Below the pieces are notes generated by a model. That model made no database searches. It worked only from the letters and a program-made list of their open reading frames with translations, and was not told the DNA's origin. A stretch of 64,000 bases of DNA from Azolla caroliniana (lineage: Eukaryota; Plantae; Polypodiophyta): contig JBHGNT010000002.1 of assembly GCA_043228905.1 (NCBI GenBank), positions 28,334,001 through 28,398,000 on the forward strand, written 5' to 3'. How positions within the stretch are numbered: the first letter of the stretch is position 1; the number at the start of each line of letters is the position of its first letter. Positions 39,201 through 52,632 of this stretch are shown here, piece after piece. The translations under genes and the position numbers were made by a program.

Positions 39201-41684
39201 ATTCTTGCATGTGCTTGTAGATATGTCTAAGTGTGACTGCACATGCAAATGTATACATATAATGTGGATGTGTTTTTTTGTTGGTATGAGGTCTCAAGAG
39301 CACATTTTTGTGAACATGTGTATGTGTATGTTGTGCATGAAGTGAATTGTGGGGTGACACTTGATTCCATGTGGCTTACATGAAAAGAGATATTTGCAAG
39401 TTCCACGAATCATTGGATAAGCATATTCTTCTCAAAGAGAGCCTTATTGGATACTTTTCTCCAGTTAAACCATTGCAGAAGCTGAAGAGCTTGTTAGGCG
39501 TACATGAGACTACATCTATGCACATTTCGTTGTCGTGTTGCCAATGGTACGCAGTAGAAACCACCTCCAAAGCGAGTAATTTATCTAGTTAAAAAATGTT
39601 ATTTTCAAATAAACACAGAGTGAATTTCGAACTCAATACCCTTCTTCCTTGAAGCAATGTAAATATCACTAGAATGAGGTTACTATTTTTTCACTTCTCC
39701 ATTACTACCCACAAATAGAGGCCCAATTATTGCCAACACGTGTTGTGTGCACTTCACGACATCACGAGAAAACAAAAGCTTCACCAAAAAGTCATGCCAA
39801 ATTGGCCTACATGTCATGCCTATTGAATCAACTTGTCAATGATTGAGGAATTTCGCCGTTCCTCTTCTCCTTTGAAGATTCTTCCCTAAAAGAAGTTAAC
39901 ATTTGATATTAACTAGCAAGAAAACCAAACATGTAAATATAAACATATACAAAGAGAATATTAACAAAAATAAACACAATGAAATTACAATAGTTTGGCA
40001 ATATGATTCAAATTATTTGGATTGCATAGTTTGGAAATCCATTTTGCAAGTATGGAAAGATTAAAAGAAAGAAGACATAAGATCATTAGAGTGTCAAGGG
40101 GTATCTTGAGTTTGGACATGGCAAATCCATTATTGATAACTAAGTTGGCTTGGTCATCTTAGGCCTCCCACTCACTACCCCAATATTTCATCTAATGATT
40201 AAGCTGGACAATAAAAAATTTCTAATTCTAATTCTTGAGTGTTCAAATCCTAAAAGTTCCAAAACTCAAAAGTTTAACAATGACCTCTTTTGCTCATTAT
40301 ATATAAATTTGGACCTCTCTTGCCGGACGAAAATAGTATCTTGTCTCTTTTAACATTCATCATTGGTTCTTCTTCTAAAAATGCAAGTCTTGGTCTCATC
40401 CTTTATGGGCTCTTGGTTTTGGCAAAATGTTCGTTGTTGTGTTTGCAACACTTTCTTGTCCTCGTTTATGCATTATATAGAACACTTTTCTCCGTTCACA
40501 CACATACACACACAAACATCATGACACCAATGCTACAAACTCCGATTTTGATGTACATATATAATAAAGGGTTGTACGTTGGTGCCGAACCCCGGTTGAT
40601 AGGTCCCGTTAGTAAGCATTGGGCTTGAGGATGTTGAGATTCAATAAGCATCATGTTGTATTGACAATAGTTCCTTGAGTGAAGGCTAAAGTTACAAATG
40701 ACACATTGGACTTGTTGCATATCACACTCTCTAGAGTGAGGGCCTAATGTCAAGGCATAGTTTGAGGTGACGGAGGGGTGGGAGATGCCAAAGGTTTGCA
40801 GAGCTTGTATTGATCATATAAATATCACTTTATTTTGGAATGAGCGTCATTGTTTACCTCACGATGAAATGAACAAAGTTTGGAAAGATGTTTGAGGCAC
40901 ACATCACTAATGTAGCAATGCCTGGTTTCAATTATGTTTAAGTGGTGGTTTTTAGAAAGAAAACCCACCCCTAAGGTAGTGTGTTGTTAGTCATGTATAT
41001 TTTTTAAAATAGAGAGGGAATGTGGAAAGATGCTCTTTCATCAAACATGGAAATTGCCAAATATCATATATCAAATAATTGTATTGATTAAAGTTATATC
41101 TCTTATTTTTGAATGAACATGTCTTTGAGAGAGCATAGTGAAATTTATAAACATGTCTCTAAGAAGGGTTTTGTTGATATCTAGAGTGAATGGAGCATCA
41201 AAGATTTAACTAACACATGTTATGTATTCTAATGTTACATGGTTTTGGACTAACTTATACCTAGAGGCGAGGATAGTTTCACAAGAACATAAAGGTTGAC
41301 ACATTGTTTCCTTGGGGTTATCAATCGATCCACTAAACGTCTTTATTTTGTGCGTGTGCAAAATGTGTTGTATTGATGTTGTGATGACTATGTGATACAC
41401 AAAAACTTAAGGGTGAAATATTGGATCAAACACATTTACAACAAACAATTTGGAATGTTAATTGTAGGTTAATGTAAGCCGATAAATAACACACCAAAAG
41501 GATATTCAATTATGAAAAACACATTGGCCAAGCAATTTTCCTACAAAGTAGTTGCAATTATGAGACATATGCCACAACATTGTTAACTAAATTGAGTTTC
41601 TAAGTTTTATAAAGAGATATGCATTGTTTACGAATGGAGCCTAGTACAAGATTAGACTAGCTTAAATATGGCTACAACATTAGA

Positions 41685-42389
41685 TCAATCAAATTGTTGA
41701 TGTGGTGGATCAATACAACCCCAATAATTATATGGTGGCGAATTAGGGGGGGAAGGGATGATGTGGTTTATTTCTCCGGATGTGAGGATGGTAGATTCTA
41801 GATTGACCATCATTCGATTGAAGATGGTGATGAAGAAATCAAAAACTTCTTGTTGTGAACGATGGGGAACTGGGTCAATCTCAAACCTCCAAGAGACAAT
41901 AGAGGAGCAAGAGGCAATGGGGGCATCAACATTGGGTTGTCGGCAAGAGTATTTTTCCATGTCAGTGCAAGTGTCAATGTTAGCATGTTGAACAGATAGA
42001 TGAGCGACATAACCCTTAAAGCCGTAGCTGCTATCAAGCATAATGTAAGATAAGGAGCGATGGGAAGGAGAGAAGTCGAGGAGTTTCTCAAATACCCATC
42101 TCTCTGGGGAACCATCGGGTCGACGACCCCCACCCGCCACATATCGGATGCATCCAGGGACACCATCATGGCCCTCAACAATCTCGCACACTTCAACATT
42201 GGGGAGCCATTGGTGAAGGCCCCCAAATGCCGAAATAGTAGCCCAAGCAGCATCAGGACTGCACCCTAGGGCGAGAACCCGGTCCAAGGACATGCTCCAT
42301 TTTGTCACATCACTACAGGATGAAGCAACATCAGAGACAACAAGGGTTATCGGGTGTGATGGGACCCCGCACATAGTGGAGCTACTCAT
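41685..42389 (-). CDS. SRPBCC/polyketide cyclase-dehydrase family protein, lachrymatory-factor-synthase-like (234 aa from first ATG)
   Basis: AAWATISAFGGLHQWLPNVEVCEIVEGHDGVPGCIRYV, WVFEKLL, SLSYIM..GFKGYVA, VSWRFEIDPV. The ORF-track start at 42455 is GTG; first ATG is 42389. tatataaaa on the minus strand at ~42514-42522. Confidence 0.85.
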   Translation of the reverse strand: MSSSTMCGVPSHPITLVVSDVASSCSDVTKWSMSLDRVLALGCSPDAAWATISAFGGLHQWLPNVEVCEIVEGHDGVPGCIRYVAGGGRRPDGSPERWVFEKLLDFSPSHRSLSYIMLDSSYGFKGYVAHLSVQHANIDTCTDMEKYSCRQPNVDAPIASCSSIVSWRFEIDPVPHRSQQEVFDFFITIFNRMMVNLESTILTSGEINHIIPSPPNSPPYNYWGCIDPPHQQFD

Positions 42390-43719
42390 GATAGGTAGTC
42401 CAATCAAAATGGATGCTTGGTTCCTATGGATAGATTTGATGAATGAAAGCAACACCCTAATTGTGCTAATGTATGCATATGTGTAATGGATGATGCATTC
42501 CTAGGACCTCATCTTTTATAATAAGAAGTCTTTGTCTAAGTCCCAAACAAAACAACTCTTTAAATATCATATATTGTTATTGTACTTACTTGGAGTGTAT
42601 TTTAATATAGTACAAACTTGGAGCGTGGTTATTAAAATACACTTGGAAATTGAAGACACTGATAAACGTGAAATGGAATGCGTGCAATCGTGCTAAAATT
42701 TTATACATTATTTAGTTAGGAAAACCACAACCTTATTTATGTACTAGTTGATTGATTTTAACATTTGTTATATGGAACTCAAAGAGTCTAAGAGAACAAA
42801 ATTTGGAGACTTTTCATTTTCGTTTTGGTTTTTTAATTCTTCTTTTTTGATAGTGCACCAAAAGTAAGGCCCACGTTCATATACATACATGTACAAATGA
42901 GAATAAATAAATATATAACAAAACAATAGTTGGAAAAAGGTAAAAAGGTGAATACCTTTCTTTGTCATGGTAGGAGGCCTAACAGAGGTGACACGGCATG
43001 TGGTTCTACCGTTGAGCTTGGAAAACAAGGAGCTTCTAGATGCATTTGATCTTGAGGCTACCATAAACTTCTGATGGGTGATAAGGCATTACATCATCAC
43101 CGATAAAACCAATTGGTTAATGAAGCCGTAACTATTTAGGATACTATGTTGGATCAAAACACATTAAGGCATACATGTCTCAAAATGTTGCCAACTACCA
43201 ATTGGACCAATTGCTACCGCTTTGGCTTTCCATAATTTAATGTCCACCTTTGTGCTATGGGTCTTAGTAATAACTTAGAAAGTTATTAATGATGGACAAT
43301 GCATAATAATGATTGTGAGCACTGAGGTAGGTGTCAATGCCAATCAACTTCATTTATCCCTTACAAAAACAAGAGCAAACCCGAGGACCGCCCTACAATT
43401 AAGATGGTTCTTGAGGTGTTTTCTAAAGTCACCTTCCCTTTTCCTTGCACTATTGCACAAAAGACACCAACATCACCACAAATATTTGACCTCTTTTGAA
43501 GTTTTGGGGGACTTTGAAGTAGCTTTAGAGATACTTCAATGTTCAAGTCTCGAATCAAGAGAAATCAAACATTTCTTGAAAAAGTAAAAAAAAAACTCAA
43601 ACAATGCATTTGTACATGACGTGAACTTGTCTTTTCTGAATATAGTTTTCAAGATGTGACCCTTTAAAACCACGTGCATAAGTAGTTACAAAATGCATTG
43701 TACAACTAGCAACAGAGAT

Positions 43720-43942
43720 GCAAATATGGTGTTCCATATAGGTTGCATGACATCTGGCCCACCATAGCCTCTATCATGCTGTGGAAGATTTGGAAATCCG
43801 GATGCAAAGTATGTCTCTCGAGAGAAGAAAGTCAACCAAAGGAGACAATCACTACTCTATTGTATAATCTGATAACAAATATTTGAGCTCAATATGAAGA
43901 ATTAGAAGGCTCTTCAGACACGACGGAAGCTGCAATACTTTC
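43720..43942 (+). mobile_element. Probable LINE 3' remnant interrupted by the chromovirus (continues ~50256-50400)
   Basis: Reads HDIWPTIASIMLWKIWKSGCK, like the LINE C-terminal W-x-IW-x-x-RC motif. Confidence 0.4.
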
Positions 43943-44507
43943 TGTCATGATATAGAATGGTATAGCTTCAAAAGGATTCAAACCCATGACCTTGTGTCAC
44001 ATGGATCAAAGCCTTACCATTAAACTATACATTGTAATACAAAGAATATTATTTCCATTTATTATTTCACTAGGAAATCCATGTATATTCTAGATTTATC
44101 TGGAACATTCTAGAAATATCAAGAGTACTCCTAAGCACACTATAAAAAGAGGCACATGGCATTATTAAGAACCAATTTGGTTCAACGCCAATCTTAAGCC
44201 TCCTAACTATTCTTGTATATTCTCTTCATATAATATAATATATCGTTTGTTATCATCAATCTCTCTCTCTCTTCCAAGAGTTCTACACCTTTTTCCCTCT
44301 TAGTACTAATCCTCATCTCTAGTACTAATTCCCTCTCTGTCTTAGTACTATTCTTGACAATACATCTTTTCCCCTCTTAGTACTAATCCTCATCTCTAGT
44401 ACTAATTCCCTCTTTGTCTTAGTACTATTCCTAACAATTTGAACCGAATTTGTCATCCTCTTATTCCTCCTTTCCCGTCACACTAAATCCTCTTATCCTC
44501 TTACTAA

Positions 44508-47500
44508 ATGGCAACGGTTAGCACTCAAGAATACCAATCCGTTTTCTCGGAGCTCCAATGCTTAAAAGAAATGTTTGTAGCACTAGAACAAGAAAATCAA
44601 CGTCTAATGGGGGATTTTCAACAAGTAGCTCTAGAAAAACAACAACACGGGGAGCTGATGTTACGTGTGCAACAACTTGAAGTGACTATTGTGTCATTAC
44701 AACAACTCTAAGGATCAACCACTCAAGGGACTCCCAAAGAACCCAAGATCGGTCTTCCTATTAAACTTGATGGGACCCGATCACAGTTTAGAGGATTTCT
44801 TAATCAGGTATGTGTAATGATTCAAATGCATCCTTCTTGATATCCCACCGATGCATAACGAGTGGGGCTAGTAGGCACACTACTAAGTGGCACGGCTTTA
44901 GCATGATTCGCCCCCTTGTTAGAAAAAAAATCTCCTTTGTTAAATAATTTTGAAGAGTTTATTAGCGAGTTTAAAGCCTATTTTGGAGATACCGAATGCG
45001 TTAGGACGGGAATCAACAAAATCTGAAGATTGCGTCAAGGTGATTGGTCGGCCTTAGCTTATCTTGCGTATTTCCGTCTTCTCACCACTGATATTCCTTG
45101 GAATGACCAAGCATTAATGGAACAATTTTGTTATGACCTACGTAATGATGTCAAGGATTTACTCTTGACCTTCCCTGAAGAACCAAAGTCATTGACTGAA
45201 GCAATCAGTCGCGCGGTACGATGCAATAACCGCCTTTTTGAAAGACGTTGAGAACGTCAGTTCCAAATGCCGAGGACAAGATTGGACCCACTTACGCTTC
45301 AGTTATAGCAAAACCTTTCCCAAGGGAGTCATTTAATGCGTCTCCAACAAATACTCCCACTCCAATGGACATCGACACCACACGTTGTCGCGGACCACTA
45401 TCTGAAGAGGAAAAACAACGACACCAAGCAAATCGATTATGTCTTTATTGCGGTGGATCGGGGCATATTGCAGTGAACTGTCCCCATCGGCTGAGAATAC
45501 AGGTAAATCAAATATCCACTAGTACTAATAGTACTAAACATGAGTCTATTTCTCTAGGCGTGTCTGATAGTCCTAATAGCCCAAGCCTTTCAAACAAATT
45601 TGAAATCCTTAGTCAACTAGAAGAAGAGTTAAACGATTAAGTCCAACCAAAATAGGAGCCATTTGGTTGGACAACTCTAGATCTGTGCAGCCCATTAGTG
45701 GTTCCATTCCCTTTAAGCAAGTTAGCAATGTCTTCCTAGCTCAAGTAACAATTAATATTAAAAGTATCTCTCCAATACATGTCTTAGCAGTCCTAGATTT
45801 CGGAGCTAATTCTTGCTTCATGGATAAGAATTTTGCCCAAGCTCATCAAATATCCCTAAGAAAACTCCCTTGCCTAGCCTCTGTAGTAGTCATTGATAGT
45901 CGCCCCATTGCTTCCGGAAAAATCGTAGAAGAGTCAGAGCCAATTAGTGTTGTCCTAGATAATTTGACATGTGTAGTATCATTCAATATAATTAGTAGTC
46001 TAGAACATCCCATTGTTTTGGGGTTACCATGGTTCAAGTTACACAATCTAGACATAGATTGGAGAACAAGAGAAATCTGGTATTGACAACCTCGAGAAGC
46101 TGCTCATAAGGTTTCAACCATTTCGCTACATCAACTGCGTAAAGAAGGAGGCTAGGAATCAATGTTTGTATTCGCAGTATCAATAAGACCTTCCAACACC
46201 ACTAAAGAGGAATCCATAGTTAAACTTCTAGAGAAGTACCGTCATTATGCCGACGTGTTTGATAAGGTACAAACCAATACTCTTCCTCACCGTCAACCGT
46301 ATGATTGTTCCATTGATTTACAACCAGGAAAAGAGCCACCATGGGGACCAAACTACAACTTATAACCAACCGAGCTAGAAGTCCTTCAAGCCTACATAGA
46401 GGAGAATTTGGCGAACGGGTTCATTCGACATTCGAAATCTCCAACCGGCGCACCCATTTTCTTTGTCAAGAAAAAGGGTGGATCACTTCGTCTCGTTGTA
46501 GATTGTCGCGGCTTAAATAAGGACACCATCAGGAATAGGTATGCACTTCCCCTTATCTCGAGTCTTTTAGAATAGGTTAATGGTGCAAAATTCTTCACAA
46601 AGATCGACTTACGATGTGCATATAACCTCGTACAGATCCGACGGGGAGATGAATGGAAAACCGCTTTTCACACCCGATACAGGCACTTAGAGTATATGGT
46701 TATGCCATTCGGTCTTACCAATGCGCCAACAGTCTTCCAGCACATGGCAAATGATATATTCCGAGATCTCTTGGATATTTATTTGATCATCTATTTGGAT
46801 GATCTACTAGTTTATTCGAAGACTCAAGAAGAGCATGATTCTCATGTACTATTAGTACTAAAACGGCTTAAAGAACATGGTCTTTATGCAAAACTGGAAA
46901 AATGTAGTTTTGACTACAATCAGGTGGAATTTCTGGGCTATGTTATCTCCTCGGAAGGCATCTCCATGGATCTCGCTAAGGTCAAAACGGTGGTAGAGTG
47001 GCAAACTCCCTATTCGTTGCGAGATGTGCAATGTTTTTTAGGCTTCGCAAATTTCTACCGCAAGTTTATACAGGACTACTCAAAGCTTATTTTGCCTCTC
47101 ACACAACTAACCAAGAAGGGGCGGTCGTTCGTTTGGTCTAAGGAAGCGGACACGACTTTTGTAAGTCTTAAGAAAGCATTTACATAAGCTCCTATTCTAG
47201 CTCATATTGATCCGAAAAAATAGTTCATCATGGAGGCAAACGCGTCGGATTTCGCCCTTGGTAGCATTCTGTCACAACAAGGTGATGATGAAAAACTACA
47301 TCTTGTGGCTTTCCTCTTGTCGCAAGTTTGACGCCGCCAAAATCAACTACAAGATACATGACAAGGAGCTATTAGCAATAGTGGAATCTTTTGCACAATG
47401 GAGGCATTTTTTAGAGGGATCTTCTCATCAAATCACTGTACTTAGTGATCACAAAAACCTTGCCTATTTCCAGAATGCTTGTGTATTAAATCGACGACAA

Positions 47501-49680
47501 GCTCAGTGGGCCCAATTCCTCACTCGTTTCGACTTCAAAATTACACATTGTCCTGGGAAGTAGCAAGGGAAGGCAGATGCATTATCATGGTGCTCGTATT
47601 TAGCACCTCGTCCTGGTGATCCAACATTCGATAATCAAAAGCAAGTCATCCTGGGACCAGCACGACTACAAGCAACGTGGGTTTGTGACACTCCCTTGGA
47701 TTCCCGTATTATTGAGACCATACGTGAAGACTTGAAGACAAATGCTTTTGCTCAAGCCATTTTAATGCAAATTGATTCCTCGCGGCAACCTATTCAAAAT
47801 CACAACAACCAGGTATGGACTATCGACAATTCAAATGTCATGATGGATTACTATTCTTTAAGAAACTCTTGTATGTTCCCAATGGTTCTTGTTGCCTTCG
47901 AGTAGTCCAAAATTTTCAGGACACATATACAACTGGACATTTTGGTAATACTAAAACATTGAATTTAGTACAACGATCATTTTGGTGGCCTCATATGCGA
48001 TGATTTGTCGAAGACTATGTTCAGACATGTGATACATGTTGTAGAGCAAAGATGCCAAGGCATCATACCTATGGTGTTATTCCTTGGGGTAGGACTAGCC
48101 CTAACACATGGTGTCCCTGTAAGACACTTCACCAAAGGGTGGTGCTAGTGGGGTAGGCGTAGATCGTGATACAAACGTATTCCTAACCGGCTACTAACCA
48201 ACGTGGTTAAGGATCGTAATACATGTGTAAGATAGATTCTATTAAGCACAAAACAGTAATTAACTAAAGCTTCAAAGATTAAACAAGATGTAGAACAACA
48301 ACACTTTCATTAATAGACTGCTATCTGATTAGAATCTAACTGGGTCCTTTTATAGGTCACCGGCTTTGGGTATGAACCGGTGCCAATTGACAACCAGCCA
48401 CGAACCGGTCCGGATCCGGATCGACATACCGATTCCGGGTTCGTCCGTTCGCTTCTCAAAATATATCATAATTATAGGTAACAACTCCTGGTTCTAAAAT
48501 AATTATCCATTTCCCATTCTGGACTTTATCCGGCTTTTAAGTCTTTGCCAGGCTTTTAAGTCTTTGCCGGTCAACATATGGTTTATTGGAACCATTGCCA
48601 CTTCCAAGCAAACCGTGGCAGTCCATTTCTCTAGATCTTATCACAGATCTTCCAGTTTCAAAGGGATTCGATGCGATCTTAACAATAGTAGATCGATATA
48701 CTAAGATGGCACATTTCTTGCCTTGTACTAAGGCAATCGCTAGTGAAGAAATCGCTGAAGTTGTCATCGTGAGGTATTTCGGCACCATGGCCTCCCGGAT
48801 AGTATCATCAACGACCGTGGACCTCAATTCGTCTCGAAATTCTGGAAGCATCTCTTCAAAATGCTTAAGGTCAGTTGTAATCTCTCATCCGGTTATCACC
48901 CTCAAACAGACGAACAAGCAGAACGAACAAATCAAATGTTGGAACAATATCTTTGGTGTTTTTTAAGCTATCAACAAGATGATTGGGCGGATGGGGGCAG
49001 ATATTCTCCACTTTGCCGAATTTGTTTACAATAACTCTATCCACTCATCGACTAGGGTTACACCATTTAATGCTTATACAAGCTACCATCCTTGATGGTG
49101 TGTGCTCGAAACTCTAGAGTTACCCACAAATCCTCGTGCAGAGGATCATTTGGAGCGGCTATGCAAGATACAAGCAGATCTATCTACCCATTTACATCAA
49201 GCTCAACAAACACAGAAGGCTTATGGGGATTGTCATCGACTTCCATCCTGTTTTGACATTGGAAATCAGGTATGGCTATTACGACAACATATCAAGACTA
49301 CTCGACCATGCGATAAATTGGATTATCGACGATTAGGTCCTTTTTGTATTATCGAAAAAATTAATGATGTCACTTTTCGTCTTGATCTACCTCCACAACT
49401 ACGGATACATCCGTTTTTTCATAGTTCTCTCCTTGAACCCGATCAAGGCAACACTATCCCGAATTGTATTACACCACCTCCACCCTCAATCGAGCTTGAA
49501 GCTGGACCAGAGTACGAAGTTGTTGCCATCCTCAATTCCAAGATTGTTCGCAACAAGCTCTACTATTTGGTCGATTGGTTAGGCTATAGTCCAAGAGAGC
49601 GTACTTGGGAACCAGTCGAGAATATAGTAAATGCTTGAGCTCTTATTGAGGACTTCCATCGGCAATATCCCGACAAGCCA
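44508..49680 (+). pseudogene. Chromovirus gag-pol with chromodomain, disrupted
   Basis: [90 protein letters not shown]. Confidence 0.93.
48075..48576 (-). mobile_element. Solo LTR (502 bp) in chromovirus integrase
   Basis: TGTT..AACA ends, perfect TSD tatgg, splits RHHTYG|LLEPLP; cctataaaagg on the minus strand. Confidence 0.88.
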
Positions 49681-50046
49681 AGTCCTCCATCTAAGACAAC
49701 TCGTAACACTTGTCGTCTTAAACGGGGGTAGTGTCATGATATAGCATGGTATGGCTTCAAAAAGATTCAAACCCATGACCTTGTGTCACGTGGGTTGAAG
49801 CATTACCATTACCCTATACATTGTAATACGAAGAATATTATTTCCATTTATTATTTCACTTAAGAAATCCATGTATATTCTAGATTTCTCTGGAACATTC
49901 TAGAAATATCAAGAGTACTCCTAAGTATACTATAAAAAGAGGCACATGACATTATTAAGAACCAATTTGGTTCAACGCCAGTCTTAAGCCTCCTAGTTAT
50001 TCTTGTATATTCTCTTCATATAATATAATATATCGTTTGTTATCAT

Positions 50047-50087
<41 letters not shown>

Positions 50088-50654
50088 CCAAGAGTTCTAC
50101 ACCTTTTTCCCTCTTAGTACTAATCCTCATCTCTAGTACTAATTCCCTCTTTGTTTTAGTACTATTCCTGACAATATATCTTTTCCCCTCTTAGTACTAA
50201 TCCTCATCTCTAGTACTAATTCCCTCTCTGTCTTAGTACTATTCCTGTCACTTTCCTTTCAACAATCATGGTCAGATTTGCCCTTGGGGGACTATGTAGA
50301 TGGCGTGCCAAAGTGTTGTTACACCACACCAAAATGGTTATATTTGCCCTAGCAGCCCAACCAGGAAGTTACATGGTATTTTTTTGAAATTTTGCAGGTG
50401 ATAGGATGATAAACGCATATTGGGGCACTGTGGTAGATAGAAATGTTGAATGTCTATGATTACATTTCAAGGCACATGTTGGAGTGTAAAGGCACTCTAC
50501 CTAAATAATGGAAAATGCCTTTCTCTTTAAAAACAATTTATGCTTTTGATATCCCTGATGATTTTATAACAACTAAAAACTCTAAAATGACTCTTGAAGC
50601 CCCGAAATCAAACATGTTATAAGTTTGTGTTGAGTATAAGTTAATACCTTGGTT

Positions 50655-50740
50655 ACATAGATTGACCCATGCGTGATATTCTCCATTCGTAATATTCGAG
50701 AATAGAAAATGGCCCCAAGAATATTATAAAACCATTCATT
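50655..50740 (-). repeat. Dispersed repeat, copy 3 (inverted relative to 80-272)
   Basis: aatattcgagaatagaaaatggccccaagaatattataaaaccattc is close to the reverse complement of ~186-232. Confidence 0.6.
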
Positions 50741-50869
50741 TACATATACATATAGACACATAAATATATACATATACAGTGTACATATATATATTATGAT
50801 ATATGTATACACACATATCATATACATGCATTGTTACACTATACACATATCTGTATATATATACACATA

Positions 50870-51515
50870 AATATATGAATTAATCAAGAGATTGGGGATG
50901 AGACCAAACTAGCATTGGCACCAAGAAATCGTTGAAGAAATCATTGAGATGAGGAGAGAATTACTGAATTTCAGCCAAACCATAATTTATATATGTGTAT
51001 ATATACACACATACATATATGAATTAATCAAGAGATTGGGAATGAGACCAAACTAGCATTGGCACCAAGAAATCGTTGAGATGAGGAGAGAATTACTGAA
51101 TTTCAGCCAAACCATAATTTATATATGTATGAATTAATCAAGAGATTGAAAATGAGAACCATGTAGCATTGGGACGAAGAAATCATTGAAGATTGGATAA
51201 AGAAGAAATCATTGTCAAGATGAGAAGAGAGAATTATCGAATTTGAGCCAAACCCTAATTTCAGGGAACAAGATGGGGGAGAGGAGACAAGTATGTAGCG
51301 TCACACAGGAGGAGGCGAGGACGTAGCCGAACCCTAATTTTCAGGGAAGAAGATGCAAGAGGAGGCAAGTATGTAGGCGTCACATAGGGAGGGGGCAAGG
51401 ATGTAGCGAAACCCTAATTTTCAGGGAACAAGATGCAGGAGGAGGCAAGTATATAGGTGTCGCATAGGAGGCGAGCGGGATGTAACCAAACCCTAATTTT
51501 TAGGGAACAGGATGT
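50870..51515. repeat. Two adjoining tandem arrays: 3 units of ~110-140 bp, then ~4 units of ~80 bp each with aaccctaatt
   Basis: atgaattaatcaagagattg three times; aaccctaattt(t)cagggaa.aagatg four times. Confidence 0.8.
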
Positions 51516-52161
51516 TGGCTGTTTGAGCTATTCATGTTCCATGTTCCATGTTCCCTGCAGGTCATTTCCTATTCGCTCCCTGTTCGCTGCTCACTGAATA
51601 CATTTTTTTAGAAGTTAATAACAAAAAGGAATTTTTTTGAAAGACCCATGAGGTTCATTTAATAGCCAACCATTGTATTTAGACACTTCAATGCTCAGAA
51701 TATCACACAAAGGCTCTTGGTTTTTGCAAGTTGTAAGTCCTATATGTAGTACATAAATTAAAGTACTCGTAATTGAGCCCTTCAATGCACTTATTATAAT
51801 GTTGGTGTTTGTAGTAAGTACCCACTTGGAAATATTTGAGCTTGGTAATTTCAAGGGCGATACACCGACATATTTCAATTTCAAATTCAGGTTCTCTCCG
51901 ATTCGATTATCAATAACTCAATACCATAAATATATATACATATAGTCATATAAAATATTCATTGTAAAGTGTACATTTAAGACATGTTTTGTTTCATATT
52001 TTGTTATTGAGTTTGTTGAACTTTGTAAATATATATAGTCACACAAAATATTCATTGTAAGGTGTACATATAATCATAGAATGTAATGTAAGGAAGTGAG
52101 AGGCACATGAACAGAAATAAGGAGAGTTCCAACTGCTTTGTAATAGATAATAAGTTGGGAA

Positions 52162-52632
52162 TAACAATCGACAACAGTTCGGTTTGAGAGGGTCCAAATC
52201 GAACCAAACTATGAAACCGTAAAACCGAACCGTAAAACAATTTTCAAACCGTTAAACCATTAAACCGTAAAAACTACGGTTTCGTGGTTCGGTTCCGGTT
52301 TTCAACATAGGTCCAAATTTTAATTTTTAATTTTTTAAAATTTATAATATTTCATTATTTAAAATTTTAATTTTTTAAAGATGTTACTAAAATGTGAGAA
52401 TAATTCTAAAAATGAAAAGATTGTTTAAAAACAAATTTTAATTTTTTTTAAAATTTTTAAAAAATAAAATAAAAAATCGTTAAACCACGGTTTTTGTTGT
52501 TAAAACAGAACCTAAACTGAACTGAACCATTTTTTAAAACCTAAACCTGAACCGAACTGTTGAAACTGTTAAGCCGTTAAGCCATAGTTTCGCGGTTCGG
52601 TTCGGTTCAAACCGAACCATTGATGATTGTTA
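52162..52632. mobile_element. hAT-family MITE (471 bp)
   Basis: TIRs taacaatc../..gattgtta; 8-bp TSD gttgggaa (52154-52161 and 52633-52640); AAACCG sub-terminal motifs. Confidence 0.88.

Larger units (their letters stand above)
43943..50250 (+). mobile_element. Ty3/gypsy chromovirus (Tcn1-like), full length but degenerate
   Basis: LTRs 43943-44436 and 49732-50250 (TGTCA..CA); perfect TSD ctttc; purine tract aaacgggggtag before the 3' LTR; order gag-PR-RT-RH-INT-chromodomain. Confidence 0.95.

Noticed and set aside
41685-42389. PYR/PYL ABA receptor near a SLAC-family gene
   Set aside because: Same fold superfamily, but the SGLPA gate and HRL latch are absent; motifs fit the LFS-like/polyketide cyclase group.
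50870-51515. CRISPR-like repeat-spacer array
   Set aside because: Whole units are homologous with no unique spacers; eukaryotic context with no cas genes.
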